From an uncultured Chloroflexia bacterium (lineage in GTDB: Bacteria; Chloroflexota; Anaerolineae; Anaerolineales; Anaerolineaceae): a DNA stretch of 32,000 nt. The translations under genes were made by a program, and so were the position numbers. The notes beneath the pieces were generated by a model that was not told the origin of the DNA, did no database searches, and saw only the letters and a program-made list of their open reading frames with translations. Shown in pieces: positions 1 to 9,772 of this stretch; positions within the stretch are counted from its first letter, which is position 1; each line of letters begins with the position of its first letter. The DNA lies in contig OY969938.1 of NCBI GenBank assembly GCA_963704755.1, positions 4,830,001-4,862,000 on the forward strand, in the 5' to 3' direction.

Positions 1-27
1 ATTTTTTATTAACGCCAAAGTCCAGCC

Positions 28-1479
28 TTACTTCCCGCCCATCAGGCCGCCTTCGGTGAATTTGCGCATGTCGGAAAATACGGACCGGATTTCGTCCTGG
101 GTCACCAGTTGGCCGCTCTCCTTGTGCTTCAATACCCCTGCGCCAGCCTTTTCCAGGGCGACTTCCTGAATGGTCAGGTCACGGCTGAGGGCTTCTTTGA
201 CCAGGGCCGCGCCGGCCAGGTAACCGATCACCGGGTTGAGGGCTGTGACCACGATGGTGTTGCGTGAAAGCCAACCCTCGGCTTTGGATGCGTTCGCGCT
301 AACGCCGATGACGCATTTGGAGGCGAAGGCATTGATCGCGCCGATCATGACGTGCATCATCTCGAACAGGTCATGGGCAATAATTGGCATCATCACGTTC
401 AATTCAAGCTGGCCGGCTTGAGCGGCCAGAGTCACGGCGGTATCCAGGCCGATGACGTGGAACATGGACATATCCAGCATTTCGGCCAGCACCGGATTGA
501 CCTTGCCCGGCATGATGGATGACCCGGGCTGTACTGCCGGCAGGTGGATCTCGTCCAGGCCGGTGGCCGGGCCGGAGGAGAGCAGGCGGAAATCGTTGGC
601 CACCCGGATCAAGGTCACGGCCAGGGTGCGCAGCGAGCCGGCAAAGGCGCTCATATCCGCCATGGACTGCATGCTTTCGAACAGGTTGTCGGAGGTGTAC
701 AGCTCGATCTTGGACAGGCGTGAGAGGGTTTCGACCATACGCTGGTGGTATTCCGGGTGTGCGTTCAGGCCGGTGCCGGTGGCCGTACCGCCAATCCCCA
801 GGCGGCGCAGACCCCTGGCGGCCTGTTCGATGCGTTCGCCGTCGCGTTCGACCGCGCGGGCATAAGCGCCAAATTCCTGGCCCAGGCGCACCGGAACAGC
901 GTCTTGCAAGTGAGTCCGCCCGGACTTGACGATGGGGTCGAATTCGATCGCTTTGGCCTTGAGCGCATCCACCAACTGGCGGATGGCGTAATCCAGTTCG
1001 TCCAGGCGCCATAAACAGCCCAGGCGAATGGCGGTGGGAATAGTATCGTTTGTGGATTGAGACATGTTGACGTGATCGTTCGGCGAGACTTTATATTCTC
1101 CCAGGCTGCCGCCCAAAATCACGGTGGCCCGGTTGGCGATCACCTCGTTGACGTTCATGTTGTGGCTGGTGCCTGCCCCTGCTTGAAAGGGGTCCACCAC
1201 GAACTGATCGCTCCAGCGGCCGGTCATCACTTCGTCGGAAGCCTGCATGACGGCTTTGGCAATATCCTCGTTCAACAGGCCGAGTGAACTGTTAACCTCG
1301 GCTGCGGCGCGTTTGATGATGGCCATCGACCAGATAAATGCCCGGTAAGGCTTCATGCCTGTGATGGGAAAATTCAAGACGGCCCTCTGGGTCTGGGCAC
1401 CATAGAGAGCCTGTTCTGGAACATGGATTTCTCCCAGGGAGTCCCGCTCGATACGAAATGGGGCAGCTATCGTTGACAA
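28..1479 (-). CDS. aspA: Aspartate ammonia-lyase / class II fumarase family lyase (483 aa, TTG start)
   Basis: Signature GSSIMPGKVNPV is present. QAGAGTSHNMN and SQSTND resemble aspartase more than FumC (QTGSGTQSNMN, SQSSND). A GGAGG SD lies 6 nt upstream of the TTG at 1479. Confidence 0.8.
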   Translation of the reverse strand: MSTIAAPFRIERDSLGEIHVPEQALYGAQTQRAVLNFPITGMKPYRAFIWSMAIIKRAAAEVNSSLGLLNEDIAKAVMQASDEVMTGRWSDQFVVDPFQAGAGTSHNMNVNEVIANRATVILGGSLGEYKVSPNDHVNMSQSTNDTIPTAIRLGCLWRLDELDYAIRQLVDALKAKAIEFDPIVKSGRTHLQDAVPVRLGQEFGAYARAVERDGERIEQAARGLRRLGIGGTATGTGLNAHPEYHQRMVETLSRLSKIELYTSDNLFESMQSMADMSAFAGSLRTLAVTLIRVANDFRLLSSGPATGLDEIHLPAVQPGSSIMPGKVNPVLAEMLDMSMFHVIGLDTAVTLAAQAGQLELNVMMPIIAHDLFEMMHVMIGAINAFASKCVIGVSANASKAEGWLSRNTIVVTALNPVIGYLAGAALVKEALSRDLTIQEVALEKAGAGVLKHKESGQLVTQDEIRSVFSDMRKFTEGGLMGGK

Positions 1480-1510
1480 AATAGACCTCCAGAGGATGAA
1501 TATAAGGGAT

Positions 1511-1543
1511 AAAAAGAGGAAGTCAACGACTTCCTCTTTTTTT
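1511..1543 (-). terminator. Intrinsic terminator hairpin after the ferredoxin gene, flanked by A/T runs on both sides
   Basis: aaaaagaggaagtc / aac / gacttcctcttttt gives a stem of up to 14 bp. It is followed by T5 on the minus strand and T-rich sequence on the plus strand. Confidence 0.7.
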
Positions 1544-1551
1544 GTGCAATC

Positions 1552-1962
1552 TTATTCTGCGGTTGAATATCCTGGGCCCTCGCTGTAGTAATCGTAATTG
1601 GGCTTGATATCCGCGGTGAGGTCCACCAATTCTCCAGCTTCGAGGGTGCGGGTGGTCGACAGGTGTACCGGATCCCCATCATGGTTGGACCCATTGTAAG
1701 TCTCGGTATAGCCAGGTGTCCCGGCCGGGAAGGAGACTTTCTCGCCACCTTTTGCGATATACGCAGCCGGCACTTCATCTTCGGGGAAAATTGCAGCAAA
1801 GGGACATTCCGGGATGCAAGCTCCACAATCGATGCAAGTATCCGGGTCGATGTAATACCAGGGGTATTTGGCCTCAGGCTTTCCAGGTACGATGCATTCC
1901 ACCGGGCAAACGGTTACACATCCGCCATCGCGCAAACACAGGCTGGTAATGATATGTGTCAT
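1552..1962 (-). CDS. Ferredoxin (7Fe-type Cys pattern) with a roughly 70-aa C-terminal extension
   Basis: MTHIITSLCLRDGGCVTVCPVECI plus CIDCGACIPECP. The ATG at 1962 is preceded by GGAGGA. The ORF-track TTG at 1974 is less likely to be the start. Confidence 0.85.
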   Translation of the reverse strand: MTHIITSLCLRDGGCVTVCPVECIVPGKPEAKYPWYYIDPDTCIDCGACIPECPFAAIFPEDEVPAAYIAKGGEKVSFPAGTPGYTETYNGSNHDGDPVHLSTTRTLEAGELVDLTADIKPNYDYYSEGPGYSTAE

Positions 1963-2302
1963 TGGATCCTCCAAATGTAGAAGTGAAAATGATTTGTAAT
2001 AGCAACGAAGCGGTATTCCACTGAGGGAATTGTCTTTCTTTTACGAACTTGATTAATCATACTACCGGAACCTGACTTTCCAATGAAAAATGGCGGGCTC
2101 TTTTGATATAATCCATTCGATTTCATCGGTATACTCTTCCGGTAATTTCTGACCTCCCCAATCGGCGTAAACCAGGCAGCTAAATTCCAGTAGAAGGGGG
2201 CCATCACTGGCTGTCTCCTAAATTGTGGATTTTTGACCTGTTTTGTAGCCTTGAATTTTTACAATTCTAGCCAGGGGTATCCAGTTTGTCAAGCTCACAG
2301 CA

Positions 2303-3286
2303 TTGGAAAAACACATGAATTCTGCATCGAATCCTCGCATCCATCCCGCGATCGTTCTAACCGTGGGTATTTTATCTGTATCGACCGCGGCCATTTTTAT
2401 TCGCTATGCCCAGGAAGGCGCCCCATCGCTGGTGATCGCCGCGCTTCGCCTTTTCATCGCGGCTATTCTCTTGATACCGCTGGCGCTGGTCCGTTCACGC
2501 CAGGAAATTGCCAAATTGGATCGAACCCAATGGCTGCTGCTCATCCTGTCCGGGTTTCTGCTTTCCGTGCATTTTGTATCCTGGATTTTCTCGCTTTCGA
2601 TGACCTCGGTGGCCAGCTCGGTGGTCCTGGTAACCACGACACCCTTGTGGGTCGCGCTGCTATCGCCTGTTTTCCTAAAAGAAAAACTGGATCGTGGTAT
2701 CTGGTTCGGTTTAATCCTGGCCATGGTTGGCGGGGCCGTGGTGGCATTTCACCAATCCTGCAGCCTGAGTACCGGCGGGCTGGTTTGCAACGGTTTCGAA
2801 GAGATGTTCCAGGGCAAAGCTTTGCTTGGCAACGGACTGGCTTTGTTTGGCGCCTGGATGGCAGCCGGTTACATGATGGTTGGACGGCGAGTGCGGCCGG
2901 CCATGAGCTTGATTTCGTACACTTTTGTGGTCTACGGTATTTCGGCCCTGTTTTTACTGGTTTATGTCGTGATCACCCGCCAATCCTTGGGCGGCTACAG
3001 CCCGCGGATCTATTTCTTTATTTTCCTGCTGGCGTTGATTCCCCAAATCATCGGCCATTCTTCGCTTAACTGGGCGCTCAAGTACGTGCCGGCCACGTTT
3101 GTCTCGCTCTCGCTTTTGGGCGAGCCGGTCGGTTCGACCATCCTGGCAGTGCTGCTGTTGAGCGAGAAGCCGGCTGCCGGAGAGATCGTAGGCGGGTTGA
3201 TGATCCTGGTTGGGATTTACCTGGCATCCCGGATGGACCAGCACGGAAAACAAAAACAAACCCTGGCGGCGGACCAGGATTTATAA
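2303..3286 (+). CDS. EamA/DMT-family permease (10-TM-like hydrophobic profile)
   Basis: The two halves are both hydrophobic, and the N-terminus (AAIFIRYA...) is typical of the EamA repeat. The start is ambiguous between TTG 2303 and ATG 2315. Confidence 0.75.
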   Translation: MEKHMNSASNPRIHPAIVLTVGILSVSTAAIFIRYAQEGAPSLVIAALRLFIAAILLIPLALVRSRQEIAKLDRTQWLLLILSGFLLSVHFVSWIFSLSMTSVASSVVLVTTTPLWVALLSPVFLKEKLDRGIWFGLILAMVGGAVVAFHQSCSLSTGGLVCNGFEEMFQGKALLGNGLALFGAWMAAGYMMVGRRVRPAMSLISYTFVVYGISALFLLVYVVITRQSLGGYSPRIYFFIFLLALIPQIIGHSSLNWALKYVPATFVSLSLLGEPVGSTILAVLLLSEKPAAGEIVGGLMILVGIYLASRMDQHGKQKQTLAADQDL

Positions 3287-3293
3287 AAAGAAA

Positions 3294-3351
3294 GTTACTC
3301 CTCAGGCTATTTCGGAAATTAGGGGTGTTTTTACGGTAGCTGAGTAGCTAC
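3294..3351. repeat. Short-form copy of the dispersed palindromic element (termini gttactcctcaggct / agctgagtagctac)
   Basis: The termini match the GTNACTNCTCAG consensus seen at 14476, 14587, 27246, 27957 and 28021. The interior cggaaattaggggtg resembles the ccgaatttgaggtg core. Confidence 0.55.
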
Positions 3352-3356
3352 AAAAG

Positions 3357-3397
3357 AAGAGGAGTTTTTGACAGCGAAACCGTCAAAAACTCCTCTT
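3357..3397. terminator. Hairpin between convergent eamA and malQ
   Basis: aagaggagtttttgac / 9-nt loop / gtcaaaaactcctctt forms a 16-bp stem. It is followed by T-rich sequence (cttcttttg) on the minus strand. Confidence 0.55.
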
Positions 3398-3409
3398 AGA
3401 AGCAATAAT

Positions 3410-4957
3410 TTATTCTGCCTGCTGTAAAATGTAATTTTCGGGAATTTCGGGCTTTTTCTCGGGCAGCGACATCCGCGAATACAGGAAATTGACTTCCTTC
3501 AGGCGATCCAGGACATTCTTATTGGCCGAATCCGGGTTCATGCGCCAGTTCCAGTTACCGCTGGCCTGGCCGGGCATGTTCATGCGCGCCTCGTTGCCCA
3601 GGCTGAGCACATCCTGCATGGGAGCGAGTGCAAAGGCGGCCACAGACGACCAGACCGCACGGATCATATCCCAGGAAATGTCTTCGGCGGAACGAGCCAG
3701 GTAACGGCGGATGAAATCTCTTTCTTTCTCCGGCGCAGTCTGGTACCAGCCCAGGGCCGTGTCATTGTCATGGGTGCCGGTATAAGCCACACAATTCGTC
3801 TCGTAGTTATGCGGCAAGAAGGGATCGTGCGGATCGGTTTCGAAGGCAAACTGGAACACTTTCATTCCGGGCAGGTCGAAGCGATCGCGCAACGCAACGA
3901 CATCGGGGGTGATCACGCCCAGGTCCTCGGCGATTACGGGCAGGTCGCCCAGCGCGCTGTGGATGGCCAGGAAGAGGTCTTCGGCCGGGCCTTTGACCCA
4001 GCGGCCGACCTCGGCGGTCGGCATGCCGAAGGGGATCTCCCAATAGCCTGCAAAGCCGCGGAAGTGATCCAAACGGACGATATCCACCATTTTCAGCGTG
4101 GACTGCATGCGTTTGATCCACCAGGCATAACCTTGTTTCTGGTGCTCTTTCCATTTGTAAATTGGGTTGCCCCAAAGCTGGCCGGTCGGAGAAAAGTAAT
4201 CTGGCGGAACTCCGGCTACGATGGTAGGTTTTCCCTCGCCATCCAGGTAGAACAGCTCAGGGTTGGCCCATGCGTCGGCGCTGTCATAGGCGACGAAGAT
4301 GGGAATATCCCCGATGATTTTTATCTGTTTGCCATTGGCATACTCTTTGAGTGCCTGCCATTGGCGGAAAAATAAGAACTGAAAGAAATTGTTCCGGTCG
4401 ATCTTTTCCTGGTCGTTCTTTTTAAAGGCGCCGATGGCGCTGCTTTTGCGCTGGCGCAATCCATTGGGCCAGTTATCCCAGGAAACACCGCCATAGGCCT
4501 CTTTGATGGCCATAAACAGGGTGAAATCTTTGAGCCAGTAAGCCTGTTCGCTGTTGAATGCATCGAACTCGGCCTGGATCTGTTTGTTTTTACCTTCAAC
4601 GAAGTGGTTGTAGGCCCGATCTAATATTTTGATCTTCCATTGGATCGCTTCACCGTAGTCGATCCGGTTGACCGGAAAGACGGGCCGGTCGGCAAGGTCA
4701 CCCCTCTTGAGTAAACCATCCTCCAGCAGTAGCGCCGGGCTGACCAGGTAAGGGTTGCCGGCAAAAGCGGAAAAACATTGGTAGGGTGAGTCGCCGTAAC
4801 CGGTTGGTCCGAGCGGCAAAATCTGCCACAACTTGCAGCCTGAATCAGCCAGGAAGTTAACCCACCGGTAAGCCTCCGGTCCCAGGTCTCCAATCCCGTC
4901 CGGGCCAGGTAAACTGGTCGGGTGCAGGATGATCCCTGAAGCGCGGTTAAATTTCAT
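3410..4957 (-). CDS. malQ: 4-alpha-glucanotransferase (amylomaltase)
   Basis: The N-terminus MKFNRASGIILHPTSLPGP..GIGDLG and the remaining GH77 hallmarks are present. The ATG at 4957 has a GGAG SD and overlaps the glgC stop (ATGAAATTTAA). Confidence 0.9.
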   Translation of the reverse strand: MKFNRASGIILHPTSLPGPDGIGDLGPEAYRWVNFLADSGCKLWQILPLGPTGYGDSPYQCFSAFAGNPYLVSPALLLEDGLLKRGDLADRPVFPVNRIDYGEAIQWKIKILDRAYNHFVEGKNKQIQAEFDAFNSEQAYWLKDFTLFMAIKEAYGGVSWDNWPNGLRQRKSSAIGAFKKNDQEKIDRNNFFQFLFFRQWQALKEYANGKQIKIIGDIPIFVAYDSADAWANPELFYLDGEGKPTIVAGVPPDYFSPTGQLWGNPIYKWKEHQKQGYAWWIKRMQSTLKMVDIVRLDHFRGFAGYWEIPFGMPTAEVGRWVKGPAEDLFLAIHSALGDLPVIAEDLGVITPDVVALRDRFDLPGMKVFQFAFETDPHDPFLPHNYETNCVAYTGTHDNDTALGWYQTAPEKERDFIRRYLARSAEDISWDMIRAVWSSVAAFALAPMQDVLSLGNEARMNMPGQASGNWNWRMNPDSANKNVLDRLKEVNFLYSRMSLPEKKPEIPENYILQQAE

Positions 4958-6203
4958 AGGGTAATCTCCGTGATTGGACGTATTCACCAGTATGGACAAT
5001 CAGGCTGGAGTAGTCTGATGATACCACATCGGGTCCTATCCAACCACCAGCTTCGATCTCGGCGCCTTCGGGAACTTCGGAGTTTCGGCCGACCATGGCG
5101 ATTTGCAAATCGTTTTCGATCACCCCGCCGACCTTGCTGGCTTTGCCAATTAGAATGCGTTTATCCAGAACCGAGCGGTAGACCTGGCAATCGGGACCAA
5201 GGTGAGCATCGGTTAGCAAAATCAATTCCTGTACGATTGCACCTGCAGCAACTTGTACACCTGGAGACAGGACCGACCGGACGATGCGTGCGCCGGCACC
5301 GATCACACACCCATCGCTGATCAAACTCTCCTCGATTTGCGAACCCTGGTGAATGAGAGCGGGTGGCCGTTCTTCGGTGCGGGTATGAATGACCCAATTC
5401 GAGCGGAATAGGTCATATGCCGGTGGAGTGCTCAACAGGTCCATGTGCGCCTGCCAGTAACTTTGAACGGTACCCACGTCCATCCAGTAGCCGCTATACG
5501 GGTAGGCATAGATGCGGTGACCGGTCTTGACCAGTTCAGGCAGGATATTCTTGCCAAAATCATGGGCGGAATCCTGGCTCAGGTGATCCTCCCACAACGA
5601 GGTGTTTAACACATCCAGGTTAAAAATATAAACCCCCATATTTGCCAGCAATGAGGGCGGATTTACCGGTTTTTCGACGAATGAGGTCACGCGTTGATCT
5701 TCATCGATGCCAACGATGCCAAAACGGGAGGCCTCTTCTGCGCTGACCAAAATAGTTGCAACCGTTACTTCGGCATTTTTTTCCTGGTGGAAACGGATCA
5801 GCGGTTCGTAATCCATGGAATACACGTGATCGCCGGAAAGGATCAAAATAGCATCCGGTGTACCGCGCTTGATGATTTCGAAATTCTGTTGGACGGCGTC
5901 AGCGGTGCCGACGAACCAATTCGAGCCACGGGCCCGGAAAGGTGTCAGGATGCGGATCCCGCCGGTAAAGTCGCGGTTGAGGTCCCAGGGCCCACCGGCA
6001 CCGATATGCTCGATCAGGGAATGAGGCCGGTATTGAGCCACCAACATGATATCGAAAATTTGGGAATTGACACAGTTCGAAAGCGGAAAATCAATGATGC
6101 GATATTTACCGGCAAAGGGGACGGCGGGCTTGGTTCGTTTGGATGTGAGAACGCCCAGGCGAGTACCTTCGCCGCCGGCCAGGATCAATGCACGAATTTT
6201 CAT
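4947..6203 (-). CDS. glgC: Glucose-1-phosphate adenylyltransferase
   Basis: LILAGGEGTRLGVLTSKRTKPAVPFAGKYRIIDFPLSNCVNS, followed by a left-handed beta-helix C-terminus. Confidence 0.92.
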   Translation of the reverse strand: MKIRALILAGGEGTRLGVLTSKRTKPAVPFAGKYRIIDFPLSNCVNSQIFDIMLVAQYRPHSLIEHIGAGGPWDLNRDFTGGIRILTPFRARGSNWFVGTADAVQQNFEIIKRGTPDAILILSGDHVYSMDYEPLIRFHQEKNAEVTVATILVSAEEASRFGIVGIDEDQRVTSFVEKPVNPPSLLANMGVYIFNLDVLNTSLWEDHLSQDSAHDFGKNILPELVKTGHRIYAYPYSGYWMDVGTVQSYWQAHMDLLSTPPAYDLFRSNWVIHTRTEERPPALIHQGSQIEESLISDGCVIGAGARIVRSVLSPGVQVAAGAIVQELILLTDAHLGPDCQVYRSVLDKRILIGKASKVGGVIENDLQIAMVGRNSEVPEGAEIEAGGWIGPDVVSSDYSSLIVHTGEYVQSRRLPYEI

Positions 6204-7684
6204 TTCACCCGCTCCACAAGTTTTGTATAGATTTTTGCGTAATCGACGGCCGATTTTTCCCAGGTAAAATCTTGCTGCATGCCGCGACGCTGGATGATCT
6301 GCCAGTTTTCATGGTTGGGATAGAGGTAAATTGCCCTGGAGAGGGCCTCGGCAAAGGACTCGGGCGTGGTTTCCTCAAACAGAAAACCGGTCGATGTGGC
6401 CAGGGTAGGATCGTCGCAAATGGTGTCTTTCAGGCCGCCGGTAGCCCGGGCCAGGGGCAAACAGCCGTAGTGCATGGCGATCATCTGGGCCAGTCCGCAG
6501 GGCTCGTAGCGGGATGGCATCAACAACAGATCACCTGAACCATAAAGCTGGCGAGCCATATTGCCGTCAAAGCGGATCAGGCTGCGCACCCGGTGAGGGA
6601 ATTCGGCTTCCAGACTGCGGAAGGCGCTTTCCAGGAGCGGGTCGCCGGTGCCAAGGATGACTGCCTGCCAGGGCAGGTTGGCGGAGCGGCGCAGCCCTTC
6701 GATGGCAATATCCACGCCTTTTTGTTGGTCCAGGCGGCTGACCATCACCAACAAAGGTACGTCCGGATCGGTGGGCAACTCCAGATCGTTTAGTAAAGCT
6801 TTTTTATTGGCGGTGCGTTTTTCTATCGAATCCGCGTCGAACACGGTGGTCAGGGCCGCATCGACGGCCGGGTTCCACAAGTTTTGATCCAGACCGTTGA
6901 GGATGCCGGAAAGCGAGGCTTTGCGCGTGTTCAGAAAATCCTGCAGCCCACAGCCGAATTCGGGGGTCAAGATCTCATCGGCGTAACCCGGTGAAACTGC
7001 CACGATGTGGTCGGCAGCCAGCAGCCCGAGCGGAAGCGGGAACAGGGTAGCCCAACGCGGCAGACGCGGATCATGCGAGCGGGGCAGGCCATAGCGGATC
7101 ATGGCCTCTTCGGCGTCTTTGCCCATAAATGGCAAATTGTGGATGGTGATCAGCGAGCTCAAGTGGGATAAATAACCGCTGGTGCGCTTCTTCTGTTTGA
7201 GCGCGTACAGGCTGGTAGCGGTATGCCAGTCGTTAGCGTGGATCAGGTCGGGTCGCCATTTGAGCTGGCGGGCCAACTCGATGGCGGCCAGGGAGAAAAA
7301 GGTGTACTTCTCGCCGTCCTGGAGCGGGTCATTGCTGTAAGCCGGGGTGTCGGGGGGGATGGGTGGTCCTTCGATCAGATAAACCGGCAGGCCGGCGATG
7401 GTCGTCTCGAAGGCCTTGGCGGGCAAGGGCTCTCCGGGGTGGTCCACCAGGAAAGAAGAGACAAATTTTGGCTCTTTGATCTTGCGGTTGATTTCGTCGT
7501 GGAATGGAAGGACGAGCCGGATATCGATCCGCGGGCCCTTCCAGGCAGGGGCGGTTAACGCGCGCAGCGCCAGCGGAAGCGAACCGGCCACGTCTCCTAA
7601 TCCCCCGACCTTAACCAGGGGGGCAGCTTCAGCGGCCAAGAAGAGAACGTTGATGACACCGGGGTCGATGGAAGCGTCGGGCAA
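6200..7684 (-). CDS. glgA: Glycogen synthase (ADP-glucose type), TTG start
   Basis: VLFLAAEAAPLVKVGGLGDVAGSLP at the N-terminus and a GT1 C-terminus (PSRYEPCGL). There is an ATGA overlap with glgC. An AGGGAGA SD lies upstream of the TTG at 7684. Confidence 0.92.
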   Translation of the reverse strand: MPDASIDPGVINVLFLAAEAAPLVKVGGLGDVAGSLPLALRALTAPAWKGPRIDIRLVLPFHDEINRKIKEPKFVSSFLVDHPGEPLPAKAFETTIAGLPVYLIEGPPIPPDTPAYSNDPLQDGEKYTFFSLAAIELARQLKWRPDLIHANDWHTATSLYALKQKKRTSGYLSHLSSLITIHNLPFMGKDAEEAMIRYGLPRSHDPRLPRWATLFPLPLGLLAADHIVAVSPGYADEILTPEFGCGLQDFLNTRKASLSGILNGLDQNLWNPAVDAALTTVFDADSIEKRTANKKALLNDLELPTDPDVPLLVMVSRLDQQKGVDIAIEGLRRSANLPWQAVILGTGDPLLESAFRSLEAEFPHRVRSLIRFDGNMARQLYGSGDLLLMPSRYEPCGLAQMIAMHYGCLPLARATGGLKDTICDDPTLATSTGFLFEETTPESFAEALSRAIYLYPNHENWQIIQRRGMQQDFTWEKSAVDYAKIYTKLVERVK

Positions 7685-7727
7685 GGCTTTTCTCCCTTTC
7701 GTTGACAGATATCGGTGGTTTTAAAGG

Positions 7728-7766
7728 CGGTCTATTTCAAGCGGCATTTCGGCTTGAAATAGACCG
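7728..7766 (-). terminator. Hairpin after the mtaD-CYTH gene
   Basis: cggtctatttcaagc / 9-nt loop / gcttgaaatagaccg forms a 15-bp stem. Only a weak T tract follows on the minus strand. Confidence 0.45.
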
Positions 7767-7778
7767 CGGTCTTTCTCA

Positions 7779-9752
7779 TCAATGGATCAATTCGACGTAA
7801 TCCTGGGAAATGGTCTGTTCGGGTGATGCGCCGAGCTGGCTCATCAATTCGACCACCAGGCGAGACTTGTTTTCGGCATCCTTCCTGCTCCAGGTCCGGC
7901 TCTTGATTTCCAGGAAGTAGCCTAAATTAGGTTTGGTCAGCGTATCGATATTGATATAGAACTCGGTTTCTTTATATTGGACCAGGTAGCGCAAACGATC
8001 TTTTTCGATCTCGGTTTCGTGGCCGGGTTTGAAGTACTCGCGGTAGAAACGCAGGCTTTGGGTAGCCAGGGCCAGGAACCGGCTGCGCGAGAGGAGCACT
8101 TTTTGAGGGAAGAATTGCTCGCGGGAAGGGCCGATCAAGGTCAGGCGGGCGCGTACGCGGGTAATTTCGCCTTTTGGCCCGATGAAATGATCCTCGCGGA
8201 AGCGTAAGCGCGATTCTTCAGGCGCATCGAATGTGAAATAATCATCGTACTCGCGATAATGGCGCTGGCGTAGGATCTTGATGCCCGGCCCCTGGATCGC
8301 TTGCAGCAAGGCCTGCAAATCGGTGACGGGTACTTTGGCCTGGACTTCAAAGCTTTCCTCTTCCTCGGTCTCTTCGCCCAGGGCCAACAGCTTGGATAGC
8401 AAGGATTTTTCGCGGTGCATCAAGAAGATATCGATCCGGTGTGCGTATTCGGCTGCTTCCTGGAGCAGTTCGGGTTCGTTGAGGGTCAGCAGTTCTTTGT
8501 CACGCAGCAGCCAGCGCCCATTGACCATCACGTCGGTCACGTCGGTAGCCTTGGAGGCGTACACCAGTTGAGCGTAAACCGACAGGTCGTCACGCTGGAA
8601 GCGGGGGGCGTTGTGCACCGGGCTCAAATCGACCAGGATCAGGTCGGCCCGTTTGCCGGGCTCTAAAGTGCCGGTGATATCCCCGATGTACAAAGCACGC
8701 GATCCCAGTTTGGTGCCCATGGCGATTGCCTGGCGGGCCGGCAGAGCGGTGGGGTTACCGCTGGAGCCTTTGGCCAGAAAGGAGGCCAGGCGGATTTCCT
8801 CGAACATATCCAGATCGTTGTTGGAGGCCGGTCCATCGGTGCCGATGCCCACGTTCAAACCGGTCTCGAGCATTTTGACGACCGGGGCAATGCCGGAGGC
8901 AAGTTTGAGGTTCGAAGAGGGGTTATGGGAAACACCGGTGTTATAGTGCTGGAAGGTGCGGATTTCGCCTTCGTCGATGTGGACGCAGTGGGCTGCCAGT
9001 ACTTTAGCATCCAGCAGGTTCAGCTTTTTGATGTAAGGAACGACCGGCATGCCCTGCTCTTTACGCATATTCTCGACTTCCTGCGCCGTCTCGGCAATGT
9101 GGATATGCAGGGGCACATCGAATTCCTGAGCCAGCTCAGCGCTGGCGGTCAGGATCTCATCGGTGCAGGTGTAAGGCGCGTGTGGGGCAACGGAGGGCAC
9201 GATCAATGGGTGGCCCTTCCAGTTCTGGATGTAGTTGCGCGCATATGCCAGTGATTCTTCGTAGGAGGCGGCATCCGGAGTGGGGAATTTGAGGATGGAC
9301 TGCGAGCAAACTGCCCGCATCCCGGCTTCGGCGGTGGCGCGGGCGATATCCTCCTCGAAGTAATACATGTCGGCAAAGGAGGTTACCCCACCGCGGATCA
9401 TCTCGGCGCAGGCCAGGCGGGTGCCGAGCCTGACAAAATCAGGGGAGACGAATTCACGCTCGACCGGCATCATGTAGCCTAACAGCCAAACGTCCAAACG
9501 CAGGTCATCGGCCAGGCCGCGCAGCAAGGTCATGGGCACATGCGTGTGGGCATTGACCAGACCCGGCATGAGCACTTTCGAATGGCAATCCAGGACCGCA
9601 TCGGCAGTATATCTTTGCTCGATCTCGGCTTGGGGTCCAACTGCCACGATTTTATCGGCAGATACAGCGACTGCCCCGGGCTCATAGACGTGATACTGCT
9701 CGTCCATGGTGAGAACTATGGCGTTCGTCAGCAGTAAGGAAACATTTTCCAT
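7779..9752 (-). CDS. mtaD: MtaD/TM0936-like amidohydrolase (MTA/SAH/adenosine-type deaminase) fused to a C-terminal CYTH-like domain
   Basis: The N-terminal roughly 440 aa carry LMPGLVNAHTHVPM, HIHIAET and GTDGPASNN. The C-terminal 190 aa (7782..8351) carry FEVQAKV...LRFRED...GYFLEIKS, which is a CYTH/CyaB-like fold pattern. The likely start is ATG 9752; the ORF-track TTG at 9794 is an alternative. Confidence 0.8.
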   Translation of the reverse strand: MENVSLLLTNAIVLTMDEQYHVYEPGAVAVSADKIVAVGPQAEIEQRYTADAVLDCHSKVLMPGLVNAHTHVPMTLLRGLADDLRLDVWLLGYMMPVEREFVSPDFVRLGTRLACAEMIRGGVTSFADMYYFEEDIARATAEAGMRAVCSQSILKFPTPDAASYEESLAYARNYIQNWKGHPLIVPSVAPHAPYTCTDEILTASAELAQEFDVPLHIHIAETAQEVENMRKEQGMPVVPYIKKLNLLDAKVLAAHCVHIDEGEIRTFQHYNTGVSHNPSSNLKLASGIAPVVKMLETGLNVGIGTDGPASNNDLDMFEEIRLASFLAKGSSGNPTALPARQAIAMGTKLGSRALYIGDITGTLEPGKRADLILVDLSPVHNAPRFQRDDLSVYAQLVYASKATDVTDVMVNGRWLLRDKELLTLNEPELLQEAAEYAHRIDIFLMHREKSLLSKLLALGEETEEEESFEVQAKVPVTDLQALLQAIQGPGIKILRQRHYREYDDYFTFDAPEESRLRFREDHFIGPKGEITRVRARLTLIGPSREQFFPQKVLLSRSRFLALATQSLRFYREYFKPGHETEIEKDRLRYLVQYKETEFYINIDTLTKPNLGYFLEIKSRTWSRKDAENKSRLVVELMSQLGASPEQTISQDYVELIH

Positions 9753-9772
9753 ATAATCCGGCGCTCCTGTTA

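Noticed and set aside
404-1012. Long alternative-frame and antisense ORFs inside real genes. Examples are 404..1012, 2233..3069, 3770..4375, 14719..15300, 15179..15877, 22498..23268 and 25514..26098.
   Set aside because: The translations are Arg/Pro/Gly/Ala-rich, low in complexity and without recognisable motifs. Each lies fully within a gene that has strong family signatures. These are typical shadow ORFs of GC-rich coding DNA.
1959-2207. An 82-aa ORF in the ferredoxin/eamA divergent spacer.
   Set aside because: It has no SD, odd composition and no recognisable motif. It overlaps the ferredoxin start region and is more likely promoter/leader DNA.
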